DNA of 64,000 bases from the human T2T-CHM13v2.0 reference genome, Homo sapiens. The position numbers and the translations under genes were made by a program. Under the pieces are notes generated by a model. The model made no database searches, was not told the origin of the DNA, and saw nothing but the letters and a program-made list of their open reading frames with translations. The DNA lies in the NCBI RefSeq assembly GCF_009914755.1, contig NC_060926.1; one strand, given 5' to 3'. Position 1 is the stretch's first letter. Each line of letters opens with the position of its first letter. Below are positions 30,236-54,944 of the stretch, piece after piece.

Positions 30236-32999
30236 AAGTCCACTCTTAAATGACACTATACCACTTTATGGGTAGTATGAGTTATTATAGTAACAAAATA
30301 ATCCTAATACTTCCCCTCCATCCCTTGTGTCATTGCTGTCAGTTATACATAAACATATATGTATATGTATACCCCCATATATATATATATTCATAACATA
30401 CACAACGAAAAACATTATTACCATTATTATTTTGAACAAACTGTTATTTGTTAGATCAATAAAAATAAAAAAAATTATTCTATCCTCACTGGTGCCTTTT
30501 CTGACGCTCTTCTTATGTGTATTTGAGTTTCTGATGTATGTCATTTTTCTTCTCTCTAAAGAATTTCTTTTAACATTTCTTGCAAGGCAAGTTTACTGGC
30601 AACAAATTCCCTCAATTGTTTCTCTTTCACTTTTGAAGCATAATTTCACAGTGTACAGAATTCTACATTAGTGTTTTTCCCTATTAATACTTCAAAACTT
30701 TACTTTACACTCTTCTTGCTTGCATGGTTTCTGAAAAGAAGTCTGGTATAATTCTTTTCTTTATTTCTCTATAGGTAAGGTGTCTTTTTTTGTAGTTTGA
30801 AAATGATATGCCTAGGTGTAGTTTTATTTTTTTAGTTTTAAAAAAGTTTATCTTTCTTGATGTTCTCTTAGCTTCCAGAATCTGTGATTAGGTTTCTGAC
30901 ATTAATTTCGGAGAAATTGTCTGTCATTATTGTTTCAGGTATTTCTTCTGCTCCTTTTGCTTTTTCTTCTCCTTCTGTTATTTCCATTATGTGTATATGT
31001 TACACCCTTTGTAGTTGTCCCCACAGTTTTTGAATATTATGTTCTGGTGTTCTTTTCAATTTTAAAATATTTCCTTTTTAATTTTGGAGGTTCTTATCAA
31101 TACATACTTAAGCTCTGAGATTCTTTCCTCAGCAGTGTCTACTCTACCAATAAGCCTATCAAAGGCATTTTTAATTTCATTAACAGAATTTTTAATCTCT
31201 AGCATTTTTTTCATTTTTTCTTATAATTTTCATTTCTCTGCTTATATTCTGCTCACAATCAGTACAATGTTAAATAGCAGTGGTACAAATATGCATTCTT
31301 GTCTTGCTCCTGATCTTAGGAGAACAACCATCAGTTTTTTTTACCATTGAGTATGATGTTAGCTGAGGGTTTTTCATAAATGCTGTTTATCATATTGACA
31401 TAGTTCTCTTCTATTCCTAGTTTGCTGATAATTTTTGTTATGAAAGTGTGTTAAATTTTGTCAGATGCTTTTTTCTGTGTTGATTGAAATGAACATGTGT
31501 TCTCTTTTCTTTTCTATGTTCTATTAATGTTGCATTACATTGGTTAACTTTCTTATTTTGAGCTACTTTTGCATTCCTGGGACAAATCTTAGTTGGTTAC
31601 AAATGTATAATTCTTTAATATGCTGCTGAATTTGGTTTGCTAGTATTTTGTCAAGGATTTTTCATTTATATTCATAGAGGGTATTGTTCTATAATTTTCT
31701 TTTCTCGATATATTCTTCTGGCTTTGGTAATGCTGGCATCCCAGAATGTATTGGAAAGTGTTACTATCTCTTCTGCTTTTTGAGTTTCAATAATATTGGT
31801 GTTAATTCTTTAAATGTTTAGTAGAATTCCCCAGAGAAGCCATCTGGTCCAGGTTCTCATTTGGGGATTTTTAATAATTCATTCAATCTCTTTATTTATT
31901 ATACATCTGTTCAGATTTTCTAATTCTTCTTGAGATACTTTTGGTAGTTTGTGTTTTTAAGGTAATTTGTCCCTTCCCTTCAGGTTATCTAATTTGTTGA
32001 TATATAATTGTTCATATAATTCTTTTGTAATTCTTTAATTTATGTAATCCTGTAGTAAAGGTCACACTTTTATGTCTGATTGTAGTTATTTGTGCCTTCT
32101 TTCTCTTGTTCTTAGTTAAGAGAACCAACTTCAGTTTCATTGATTCTTTGTACTACTTTTCTATCTCTGCCCTTTTATTACTTCTTCCTTCTACTAGTTT
32201 GGAGTTTGGTTTGCCATTTTTTTCTAGTTTTTTAAGTTGTTAAGTTAGGTTGTTTATTTGAAATCTCTTTTCTTTTTTTAATATATGCTATAAATATCCC
32301 CCTGAACACTGCTTTCACTGCATTCCGTAAGTTTTTGTACATTGGGTTTGGTTTTTGTTTTTATTCATCTTATTTTTTTATTTCCCTAGTGAGTTATTTG
32401 GCCCATTGGTTGTTTAAATATGTGTTGTTTAGTTTCCATGCATTTGCAGATTTTTCAGTTTTCCTTCTGTTACTGACTTCTAGTTTTGTTCCATTATGGC
32501 CAGAGAAGACACTTTATATGATTTAAATCTTTTTTAAATTTATTGAGGATCTAAAAGAGTGTATCCTGGAGAATGTTTCATGTGTACTTGAGAAGAATGT
32601 ACATTATGTTGTTGGAAGGAGTGTTCTGTATCTCTCTTTGAGGTATAGTTTATGGTGCTCAAATTCTCTATTTCCATATTGATCTTCTGTTTAGATGTTA
32701 CATTCACTATTGAAAGTAGGGTATTGAAGTTTCCAAGTTATATTGTAGAACTGCCCATTTCTGTCTTCATTTCTGACAGTTTTTGCTTTCATATATTTTG
32801 AGGCTGTATGCAATGTGTGTATGTTTATAATTGTTATATCTTCTTGATGAATTGATTTTTTAAATCAATATAAAATGTCTTTGTTTTTAAAATAATTTTT
32901 ATCTTAAAATATATTTTGTCAGGTATTGGCATAGCCATTTCAGTTTACTTTTGGTATTATTTGCATGGACTATCTTTTCTCATCCTTCCACTTTGTCTG

Positions 33000-33149
33000 T
33001 TTGTGCCTTTAGATTTAAATTGTCTCTTTTAGGTAGCATAGAGTTAGGTCATATTTTATAAAAATTCAATCTATTTGTGCCTTTAGATTTAAATTGTGTC
33101 TCATTTAGGTAGCATAGAGTTGGATCATATTTTATAAAAATTTATTCTG
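33000..33149. repeat. Tandem duplication, ~74-bp unit x2
   Basis: tttgtgccttt(t)agatttaaattgt...aggtagcatagagtt...tcatattttataaaaatt starts at both 33000 and 33074. Confidence 0.88.
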
Positions 33150-33454
33150 CCAATATCTGCCTTTTAATTGTAATTTAATTCATTTACATTTAAAGTAATA
33201 ATGATAAAGGAAGGTCTTGCTTCTGACATTTTGCTATCTGTTTTCTATGTGTCATATCTTTTTTGTTTCTCAATTCCTCTATTACTGCCTTCTTTTGTGT
33301 TTAATTAATTTTTTCTAGTATACTGTTTTGATTGCCTTTTCTCCTGCTCCTCCTCTTCTTCTTGGAGTATTTTTTAGTTATTTTCTTAGCTGTACTTGCG
33401 GATTACAGTCAACATTTAAAATTCATCACAGTCTAGTTTGAATTAATAGCAACT

Positions 33455-33787
33455 TCTTTTCTTTCTTTTTTTTCTTTTTCGTTTCTTTTTTTTTTTTTTT
33501 TTTTGAGACAGGGTCTTACTCTGTCACATGAGCTGGAGTGCAGTGGCATGATCTTGGCTTACTGCAACCTCAGCCTCCTGGGCTGCAGCAGTTCTCCCAC
33601 CTCAGCCTCCCAAGTAGCTAGAACTACAGGTGTACACCACCACGCTCAGCCGACTTCTGTATTTTTTTGTAAAGATGATGTTTCGCCATGTTGCCCAGGC
33701 TAGTCTCGAACTCCTGAGCTCAAGCAATCCACCTGCCTCCGACTCCCAAAGTGCTGTGATTACAGACATGAGCCACTGCGCCTGGCC
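33455..33787 (-). mobile_element. Alu (AluJ-like)
   Basis: T-rich tail plus antisense dimer. Confidence 0.88.
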
Positions 33788-34020
33788 CTTATTTTCAATA
33801 GTACACAAAAACTCTGCTATTAATAATTTCATTTCCTTTTACATTTGCATTGTCACAAATTACCACTTTATATATTATGTGCTTATTAACATAGATTTAT
33901 AATTATTTTTTAGTATTCACATTTTAAATTACATAGAAAACAAAAAGAAGAGTTATAAACCAAAAGTACAATAATACTAGCTATTATATTTACTTACTTA
34001 GCTACTTTTACCAGTTTTAA

Positions 34021-34370
<350 letters not shown>

Positions 34371-34863
34371 CTTTTTTTTTTTTTTTTTTTTAAGTTTTAA
34401 GGACTCCCTTTTATCATTTCCAGAGAAGTCCTAGTGGTAATGAAGTTCCACAGTTTTGGTTTATCTGGGAATGTGTTAATTTCTCCTTCATTTTTGAAAG
34501 GATATTTTGCTGGATATAGAATTCATTATTAACAGTTATTTTTTCCCTTGATCACTTTAAATAGATTATTTCACTGCTTCCTGGCCTCCACAGTTTTTGA
34601 TGAGAAATTAGTTGTTAACCTTATTGAGATTCCCTTGTGTATAACAAGTTGCTTTGTTTTGCTGTTTTCAAGATTCTGTTTTTGTCATTTGACAGTTTGT
34701 TCATAATGTGTCTCAGTATGGAGCGCTTTGTGTTTTTCTTATTTAGCATTTTTTGAGCTTCTTGGATGTGTAGGTTCATGTATCATCTGGTTTGTCATGT
34801 TATTGACATTATTCCTTAAAATATTCTTTATCTCTCATCTTCTTCTGGCATCCTATTTTGCAA

Positions 34864-35175
<312 letters not shown>

Positions 35176-35209
35176 TGATGGTTCCCCACAGGTCCCTTAT
35201 GCTCTGTTC

Positions 35210-35514
<305 letters not shown>

Positions 35515-37640
35515 GCCCTGTTCATTTTTCTTTATTTTTTCCATCTTTGCCCCTCAGATTGTATCATTCCCATTGCACCATTTTTAAGTTCTTTGAGTCT
35601 TCTTTTTACCTGCTCAAATTTGCTGTTGAATGCCTCTAGTGAATTTTTTACTGTAGTTAGTATACTTTTCAGCTCCAGAATTTTTATTTGTTTTCTATTT
35701 ATAACTTCTATTTTTAAAAACTGATACTCACTACTTGATCATATATCATTCTTTTGTTATCTTTTAGTTTTTTTTATCCAGAGTTCCTTTAGCTCTTCAA
35801 CATATTTAAGACAATTTAAAGCTTTTTTCTAGCAAGCACCATGTCATGTCACTGTTTCCTCAAGGATTTTTTCTTTAAATTTTATTTTTTCTGTAAGTGA
35901 GCCATGTGTTCCTATTTATTTGTATGCCTTGCAAACAGGACTTTGTAAATATTGTAATGTGGCGACTGTGGAAGTCAGAAGTTTCCCCTTCCCAGAGAAT
36001 GCTGTTGTTGTCTTGTGAGGCTGCAGTTATTTGTTTATTTAGTGAATTTTCCATACTATGTTTAAAAAGCTATATTCTTTGTTATATATGATCTGGAGGT
36101 CAGTGTTCTGTTAACTTCATGGTCAGCCAATGATCAAACGGAGATGTCTGTAAATGTCTGATCTAGCAAGAAAATAAAAGAAATAAAAGGGTTTTCTGTC
36201 CTTAAATTTTTTTTGATAGAGACTTCCTGGGAAGCTGCTTCAGATTAATGAGGTTTAAACAATGTCCAGACCCTGTGCCAGTCCCTCAGTGTATTGCCAG
36301 GCAGATAAAAACACATACCCTGAGTTTTGGAGGGCAATGTTATTATTGCCCATTTTGGCAACATTCAGTTGCACCAAGAATACAGGCTGCTGTCCCCATG
36401 GCTGCCTGCTGTGTGGTTGGAGGATTGGAGGGTAGGGGGTGATGGTAGGTGCTATGTAAAACACTAAAATTTATCAAAATTTACCAGCCTCTTTCTTCAC
36501 CAAGCACTCACCTGGATGCTGCCATTGTTTGACTAGACTGCAGTTTTAAAATAGTGGAATTTGAGTTTTTTAGCTCCATAGGGAGCTTCCTATTGTGCTA
36601 TTCTCTGTAACTTCACTCCAAGCTATGTTTTCAAATGCATTATGCTAATTTTGTCTTTTAATTTGTGTATTTAAGTCATTTACCTGTAATTTAATTATTG
36701 ATATGTCTTTTATTTTATTATTTGTTCTTCTGCTTTTCATTTCTTTATTTCACTTTTCTTGCCTTCCTGTTGGTTACTTGAAATTATTTAGCATTCCATT
36801 TTGGCTTATCTTTTGAGTTTATAAATGTATTTCTTTTTACTAGTGGTTTTCTACATATTAAATTATATATACATAACTTATCATAGTCTTTACTGATGTC
36901 AATGTTTTACCAGTTCATGTACAGTGTAGATACCTTACTTCCACTTGAGACTTTTTTATGCCCCCTTTATAATATAGTCGCTCTAAATACTTAGTCTGTA
37001 TACATTGAGAACTATATCAAACACTGTAATTTTTACTTTAATTAACAAAATTTAGAAAACTCAAGAGGAGAAGGGTAATCTATTATATCTATCCATATTT
37101 TTACTCTTTTCATCATTCTCTCTTCATTCCTGATGTTCCAAATTTTCTTCTTTTATCATTTCTTTTCTTTTTGGACAGCTTCTTTTAGCCATTTTTTGTT
37201 GTTGTTGTTGAGTAGGTCTGCTAGTAACAGTTCTTTTGTTATTTTCTTTTAGTCTGAGAATGTCTTGATTTTTCTTCTATTACTGAAGAATAATCTTACT
37301 ATGTTTATAATTCTTAGTTGACGTTTTTTTTTGTTCTCTTTTTCCCCCCAGCACTTGAAAAATGTGCAATTTCCTTTTGGCCTTCATGGTTTCTGATAAA
37401 AAAAATTAACTTTCATTTCGATCATTCTTCTATAATTACTATATTATTTCTCTCTTAACTGTTTTCAATATTTTTTCTTTTTCTTTAGGTTTTTAAAATT
37501 TGAATATGATGTGTCTTTGCATGAATTTTTATGGGTTTAGTCATTTGTGATTTGCTTAGTTTCTTGAATATGTAAGTTTGCATATTTTTTTTGCTAGATT
37601 TGGGAATTTTTTAAACCATTATTTTTAGGAATACCTTTTC

Positions 37641-38195
37641 TTTTTTTTTTTTTTTGTTAGAAACTAGTTTAATAATCTAAAATAGGAAATACCTCTTCCT
37701 AGAAGGGAAGTTTACATAAGACCAGAAATAACAAGAGCTATAAATTAAGACAAGAAAGCAACTTGGTGAATATTCAGTATTTGAACAAAGAAGGATCCCC
37801 AAGGAAAAGCCTTTTCCAATTTTTGGATAGTCTTGTTTAGATAGGGGTCCTCTCCTCTTAACCATGATTCTGTTTCTTTCTTTCTGATAGTCTTTCAAAA
37901 TGCTCCAAATTTCTTTCTTAATATTTTGGGTTTCAACAACTTTTTTTTTCGCACCAAACATTCCAGATTGTTTCATTAAAACACATTTATTAAACATGCA
38001 TAACAATAATAGCCAATATTTATTGAAGGTTTATGTGCCAGGTACTATTCTAAATGCCTTTACCCCTTATATATACTCTGTAAAATAGATATTTTTATCG
38101 CCTTTTTTTCAAATGAGTGAGACACATGGAAACTAGATATCTTACCGAAGATTACACAATTAGGAAAGGTCGTTCTAGAATGTGTGCTGTTAAGC
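37641..38195 (-). other. Orphan retroposed fragment (non-L1, non-Alu) with poly(A), containing a MIR remnant at ~38005-38185
   Basis: T15 at 37641-37655, ATTAAA (minus) at 37668-37673, and a perfect 15-bp TSD taggaataccttttc at 37626-37640 and 38196-38210. Confidence 0.9.
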
Positions 38196-38349
38196 TAGGA
38201 ATACCTTTTCAATTTCACACTCTTTATATTCCCTTTTTGGGACTCTGATGATATGAATATTAGATATTTTATTATTTTCCTACAAGTCCGTTAATGTCTG
38301 TTCATTTTTTTCCTAATTTCTTTATTGTTCAGATTGGACAGGTTGTTTT

Positions 38350-38655
38350 CATTCTTTTTATTTATTTATCTTTTGAGATGGGGGTCTCACTCTGTTGCCC
38401 AAGTGGAGTACAGTGGCATGATCATAGCTCACTGCAGCTTTCAACTCCTGGGCTCAAGCAATCCTCTCACCTGAGCTTCCCAAGGAGCTGGGATTACAGG
38501 TGCATGCCACTGTGCCCAGATAATTTAAAAAATTTTTTTTGTAGAGACAGGTTCTTGCTTTGTTGCCCAGGCTGGTCTTAAACTCATGGCTTCAAGTGAT
38601 CCTCCCGCCTTGGCCTCCCAAAGTGTTGGGATTACAGGCATGAGCCACTGTAGCT
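38350..38655 (-). mobile_element. Alu (AluJ-like)
   Basis: Antisense dimer. Confidence 0.87.
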
Positions 38656-38802
38656 AGTCAGTTTTTCTGTTCTATCTTAAAGCTGACTAATTCTTTCCTC
38701 TGTCATATTTATTCTGCTATTGAGCCCACTATTTGAAACTTTTAGTTATTATATTTTTAGTTATTGTATTTTTTAATTCTAAAATTTGCATTTCTTTTTC
38801 TT

Positions 38803-42024
<3,222 letters not shown>

Positions 42025-42600
42025 TTCTTTTTCTTATATCTTCTATATATATATATATGCATATATATATATATTTTTTTTTTGCTGAAGCTTTCTGTTT
42101 TTTTTTTTAATTTGTTTAGAACATGTCTTTAATTAGTTGTTGAAGCATTTTTATGATGGCTGCTTCAAAATCCTTGTCAGGAATTCTAACATCTGTGTTA
42201 TCTCTGTTTTGGCATGTTTGGATGATCTTTTCTCATTCAAGTTAAGATTTCCCTGGTTTATGGTATGATGAATTGTTGTTTTATTGTATCCTGGATGCTT
42301 TTGGGCATTATTTTGTCAGACTCAGCATCCTATTTTACAGACAGTCTTCATATTTAGATAAGTGCATAGGTCCAGGGGCGAGTAGATATTCAGCTCCTCA
42401 CTGAGTTCTGCTGACACAATCCTGGCAAAAGAAGAAAACTGCCTCACACTATCTTATTGCTGATAGGTGAGGGTGAAAGTTCAGTTTCCCACTTACCCCT
42501 GATGACATCTCCCCAGCATAAGTGAAGTACCAGCTATGAAAGTGTATCATGAAGCAGAAGCAAAGAACTCAGAGAAGGGATTGCCACACAAGAAATGAGG

Positions 42601-43536
42601 CGTATTAGTTTTCTATTCCTACTGTGACAAATCACCACAAATTTAGTGGCTTAAAGCAACACAAAATTTTATTTTACATTTCTGTATGTCAGAAATCTAA
42701 TTCAGATACCACTGGACTGAAACCAAGATGTTGGCAGGCTACATTCCTTTTTGGTGGCTGATATGGTTTGTCTGTGTCCCCACCCAAATCTCCTCTTGAA
42801 TTGTAATAATCTCCATGTGTCAAGGGTGGGGCCAGGTAGAGGTAATTGAATCACGGAGATAGTTTTCCCCATAATGTTTTCCTGGTAGTGAATAAGTCTC
42901 ACAAGATCTGTTGGTTTTATAAATGGGAGTTCCCCTGCAGAAGCTCACAAGCTCTCTTGCCTGCTGCCATATAAGATGTGTCTTACTTCTTTGCCTTCTA
43001 CCATGATTGTGAGGGCCCCCCAGCCATGTGGAGCTGTGAGTCAATTAAACCTCTTTCCTTTATAAATTACTGAGTCTTGGGTATGTCTTTATTAGCAGCA
43101 TGAGAACAGACTAATACAGAGACTCTAGAGGAGATTTCATTTCCTGCTTATTTGGATTATTAGAAGAATTCAGTTCTTTGAGATTATAGGATTGAGGTTC
43201 CCATTTTCTTACTATAAACTGAAGGCTGTTTCCACTTTCTAGGGGCTACTGCTTTGCTTGGCCTGTGGTTCCTATACTTCATTTTTAAAGGTTGGAACAA
43301 CAGATCAAATCCTTCTTACATAGCATCTCTCTGACCCACCCTTCTTCTGTATTGTATTTGTAAAGATTCATGTAGTTACATTGGGTCCACCAAGAAAATC
43401 CAAGATATCTCCATTTCAAGGTCTCTAACATTATTCACACCTGAAAAGTCCCTTTTGTCATGTAATGTAACATAGTCATAGGTTCCAGTAGTTGGGATGT
43501 AGACATCTTTGGAGGGCCATCACTTTGCCTACCACA
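42601..43536 (-). mobile_element. MLT1-type MaLR LTR split by a THE1 LTR
   Basis: tattagttttctatt...caccacaaatttagtggcttaaagcaacac at left; gggccatcactttgcctaccaca at right. Confidence 0.8.
42759..43118 (+). mobile_element. THE1 solo LTR
   Basis: tgatatggtttg...ccccacccaaatctc at the start, gagaacagactaataca at the end, 360 bp. Confidence 0.9.
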
Positions 43537-44074
43537 GGAAGTCTGAAGAAAGAAAGATGGGTCTTATTATAAAGGTATTAATTAAAGATAACAACTAGAG
43601 AAAAATTACTGACCTTCCTAAATATCAGAAAAAGTACAAAAATAAAAGAACAAAGACAATTGTGAAATGTTTTTAAAAATATGATATTGGATTGAATCAA
43701 ATAAGCCATAAATAGACACATCCTAATTTCAGAGATGGTCAAAGGGGAAAAATGAACAAAAGTGATTGTAAAACATTAGTTGTAAGACACAAATCAAAAT
43801 CAGGGATCTCAAAATGTGAAAAAAAAACATGTTTTTAAGAATAGATATACAGGACACATAAACTAAGCTCAGACAAATTACAACAATAAATGTAAAATAG
43901 CTTACCTCAACTATAAAAAGAAAACTTTGCAGATCTTACAAAGCAAAAACCACCCCATGCTATGCATAAGATACACTTAAAGTGATTAAGAAAGGAGGAA
44001 AATTAAAAGTTGGGCATTAACATTAAAAAATTTAAATAAGTAAAAAATTAATATTAGCATTAAAAAAGAAAACA

Positions 44075-44864
<790 letters not shown>

Positions 44865-46501
44865 TTAAATGCTACAATTCACAATGAAGATATAACAGTT
44901 GTGAACATCTATGTCCCAAAAAACCCAACAACAAATTACAGGATATACAAGAAGAAATAGAAGTACATTAAAAATAGGAGTGATTATCACACTTTCTCTT
45001 GTCTCAAGATTGATCTAGCAGTTACAAATTAAAGACAGAAAACAAAAACAATATAACAAGAAAGTTATGTCTTACAGATAAGTATGGAGCTTTCTGTCTT
45101 GGAAATAGGAAATACGTCTTTATTTTCAATGAAAATTAATTATTAATATATGATAAGCCACAAATGAAACCTTAATAAAATCCAAATATAGAAATTTTAG
45201 TAACATTATCTGATTATAGTACAACAATATTAGAAAGTAATAACAAAATTAGAAAACCTAAAGGCGCTTAATTGAAAAAATAAAACCAAGGTGTAGAATA
45301 GAATATATAATGCTACATTTTTTGAAAGAAGATTAAAAATATGCACATATTTAGAGCATGATGGTAGAATAGGAGGTCCCAGGCTTTAATACCCCCCACA
45401 GAAAGTTTAACTAGCAACTATCCACAGATAGAAAAGCCTGAGTCAGCTGCATGGCTAACAGAATGTAATAAAAACTGCATGGAAAGGGTAAGAGAAATGA
45501 TCTTCCTTTGACCACATCACCCTTTCCCTCTCCCAAGTTGGCAGAGTGTCACACAGGATTCACCAGGGACCACAGTTTCTATAGAGAAAAAAGAGAGCAA
45601 GAGATGGATATCCAGCTTTCCTAGCATTCCAAGACATTTCCAAGGAAGCCCACTTCGGTCTCACCTCATGGAGAATACAGGAGGAGATATCATGGCTAGA
45701 CCACCTGAAGTCAGGTAGAAACAAAGCAAGGAGGTAGAGTTCACAGCCCCAAACACACCTTAGACTCTGCCCAGGTTGAGAGACAACTGCTGCAGTGAAT
45801 TACCACAAAGAATAAGGGGTAGATCTGCCCCTGCTGAGTTTGAGCAGTGCTCAGTTCAACCTCAAAGTCACCCCAAGGCCCCACCTAGGCAGGGAGGCAA
45901 TCCTCAACCATGTATTTCTACAGATCATAACAGCTGGTCTCATCCACTCAATCAGCAACTCCACTTAATCTCTGTGGCTCTCCTGTAACCCTGTCCAATT
46001 GCTGAACTCAAATAGTGGTACCATCTGACCAGGGAAGGTACTTTGTGGTTCAGCCTGATCAGAGGTGATTGCAGTGTCCATCCAGCACCTCAGCCTGATT
46101 GCACTGCTCAGCCAGTGCTTTTATTGGATAGCAGAGCCCAGCCAGTGGCCCCATCCAAAGTCAGAGCAAAGGCAGCTGCGCAGTCATCTAGAGAACCCAA
46201 AGCAAGCTCTGCCGGCCCAGAATTGTTACCAGTTGGCTCATCCAGAATCACAGACTAAACTAAATAGTGAAGATCTAGCCTTGCCTAAGAACAGCTGTGA
46301 CAGCCAGAAAAGGTGGCTGTCTCCTGAAGTTTACAGATACCAATGTGAAAAACACAGATATTACAAAGACTCAAGAAATCATGATACAGCCAAAAGAAAC
46401 TAACAAAGCCCCATCAGTGGACCCTAAAGAAAGAGAGATTTATGAAATGACAAGGAATTCAGAATAATCCTCTTAAAGAAGTTTAGTGAACTACAAGAAT
46501 A

Positions 46502-47055
46502 TAGTAGTTCACTCTTATCTGCAGAGGATATGTTTCAAGATATTCAGTGGATGCGTGAAACTGTGGCTAGTACTGCACCCTATATATCCTATATTTTCTT
46601 TTATACATACATACATACCTATGTAAAGTTTAATTTATAAATTGGGAACAGTAAGAGATTAACAACAATAACAAAATGAAATAAAACAATTATAACAATA
46701 TGGTGGCATCTCTACTCTTGCACTTAGGGTCATTATTAAGTAAAATAAGAGTTACTTGAACACAAGCACAGCAATACTGCAACAGTCAAGCTGATAATTG
46801 GGATAGCTACTGAGGGACTAATGAGCAGATAGCATATACAGCATGCTGCACTGGACAAAGGGATGATTCAGGTCCTAGGAAAGATGGAGTCATACAGCAC
46901 AAGCACAAGATTTTATTATGCTACTCAGAATGGTGCATAATTTAAACTTATGAAGTATTTATTCTGGAATTTTTCACTGAATATTTTTAGACCACAGTCA
47001 ACCACTGGTAACTGAAATCATGAAAAGTGAAACTGCAGATAAGAGAGAACTACTG
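46502..47055. mobile_element. MER44 (Tigger-derived) DNA element
   Basis: 23-bp TIRs (tagtagttcactcttatctgcag / ctgcagataagagagaactactg), TA flanks on both sides, ~550 bp. Confidence 0.85.
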
Positions 47056-48790
47056 TATAGTAATAAAATATTAAATGAAATTTGGAAAACAATGCAGAAA
47101 CAAAATGAACAGTTTAACAAAACATAGAAGCAATTCAAAATAAAACAAATATAAATACTAGAGATAAACCAAACTGGAAAATGTAATAGAAAGCTTCAAA
47201 AGCAGGCTTGATCAAGCTGAAGAAATAATCAGTGAGTTCAAAGACAGAATATTTGAAATTATCCAGTCAGAGGAGTAGAAAGAATAAACAAATGAAAAAG
47301 ATTGAAAAAGGCCTATGGCAATTATGGGATAACATCATATAGAAGTTAAAGATGGAGAAGGAAGAGAAAAAAGACCAGAAAGCATATTTAAAGAAACAAT
47401 GGCAGAATTATTCACAATAACATAAACATGAAATCAACCTAGGTGTCCATCAAAGAACATAACTTCATCTTTTTTTATGGCTAGGTAAAAATTAAAGAAA
47501 AAAGTGGTGCATATACAGCATGGAATACTACACAGCCATAAAAAGAATGAACTCACATTCTTTACAGCAACATGGATGCAACTGGAGGCCATTATCCTAA
47601 GTGAATTAGCATAGGAACAGAAAACCCAATACTACATGTTCTCACTAGTGGGAGGTAAACATTGGGTACACATGGACATAAAGATGTGAAAAATAAACAT
47701 TGGGGACTACTAGAGCAGGGAGGATGGAAGTGGGCAAGGCTGAAAAAACTACCTATTGGGTACCATGCTCACTACCTGGGTGACAGGATCATTCATGCCC
47801 CCAAACCTCAGTGTCACACAATATACCTATGTAACAAACCTGCACATGTACCCTTTGAATCTAAAATAAAAGTTGAAATTGTAAAAAAAAAGGTGGAAAA
47901 CTTCACTAATCTGGGAAAAGATACTAGCATCCAGGTATAGAAAGCAGAAAGGTCTCAATGAAATTTAACTCAAAGGGAATTCACTAAGAGACATAATAAT
48001 CAAACTATCAAAAATCAAAAACAAAATATTCTAAGAGCCTCCAGGGATAAGAAACAGATCACATACAAAGGAGACCAAATACAATCATTAGTGAATTTCT
48101 CAGCAGAAACTCTGGAAGCCAGGAGACAGTGGGGTTATATAGTCAAAGTGCTGAAGGAGGGGAAAAAAAAAACTTCCTGCTAACTAAGAATATTTTACCC
48201 AGTACAGCTGTCTTTCTGAAATGAGGGAGAAATAAAAACTTGCTCAGATGAAAAAATGAAGGGAGCTTATCACCACCAGGCCTGCCTTATAGAAACTGCT
48301 TTAAGCTTAAACAAGAGACCACTTATTAATAATGTAAAACTTACAAAAGCACATAACACAATGGTAATACACAGCCATATTCAGAATACTCTAGGAAATG
48401 TAATGGTGGTGGGTGTGTAAAGCAATTTTATCCTTAGTATGAGGGTTAAAATACAAAACTATTAATAATAATTATAGCTAAAATAAATTTCCAAGAAAAC
48501 CATATTATGGAATGATAGAAATTCTGATATCAAAAACATAAAATGTAGAAGGGGGAATGAAAGTGTCCAGTTATTTTATACGATCAAAGTTAAGTTGTTA
48601 TTAGCTTGAAATAGAATGTTATATTCTATTTAAGCCTTATGGTAACCACAAATCAAAAATCTACAGTAGATGCACAAGACAAAAATAGAAGGTTTCAAAG
48701 CACACCACTACAGAAAACCATCAAACCATAAAGGAAGGCAGCAAGAGAGGAAGAAAGAAACAAAGTATCTATAAAACAACCAGAAAATGA

Positions 48791-54271
<5,481 letters not shown>

Positions 54272-54944
54272 AACCAGAAAATGATTTAAAATGGCAGTAA
54301 TAAGTGTTTTCTATAAATAATTGCCTTGAATCTAAATGGATTAAGTTATTTAATAAAAAGAATGCCTGAATGGAGAGAAAACAAGATCCAACTATATGCA
54401 GCCTTCAAGAGACCCACTTCACTAGTAAGGACAGAGAGTAAGTGAAGGGGTGGAAGAAGATATTCCATGCAAATGGAAAAAAAAGAGACTATACTTAGAC
54501 AAAACATACTTTAAGTCAAAAATTATTAAAAAATACATTATATACTGATAAATGGGTCAATTTGTTAAAAGGATATAAAAATTGTAAGTATATATGCACC
54601 CAAATTTGGAGCACTGAAATATGGAAAGTAAATATTAAGAGATCTGAAGAGACGGATTGAAGTACAATAATATTAAGGGACTTTAATACCTCACTTTCAA
54701 TGATAGATTATCCAGACAGAAGATTAATAAGGAAACACTGGACTTAAATGGACCTAAAAGATATATGCCAAAAGAATACACATTCTTCTGAAGTGTATAC
54801 AGAACATTCTGCAGAACAAGTCATATTAGGCCCCAAGACACAGAATGAACCCAAGTATAAACCATGGACTCCAGTTAATACTAATGTATCAATATTTCTT
54901 CATCAATTACAATAAATACACTACACTAATGCACTATGTTAATA

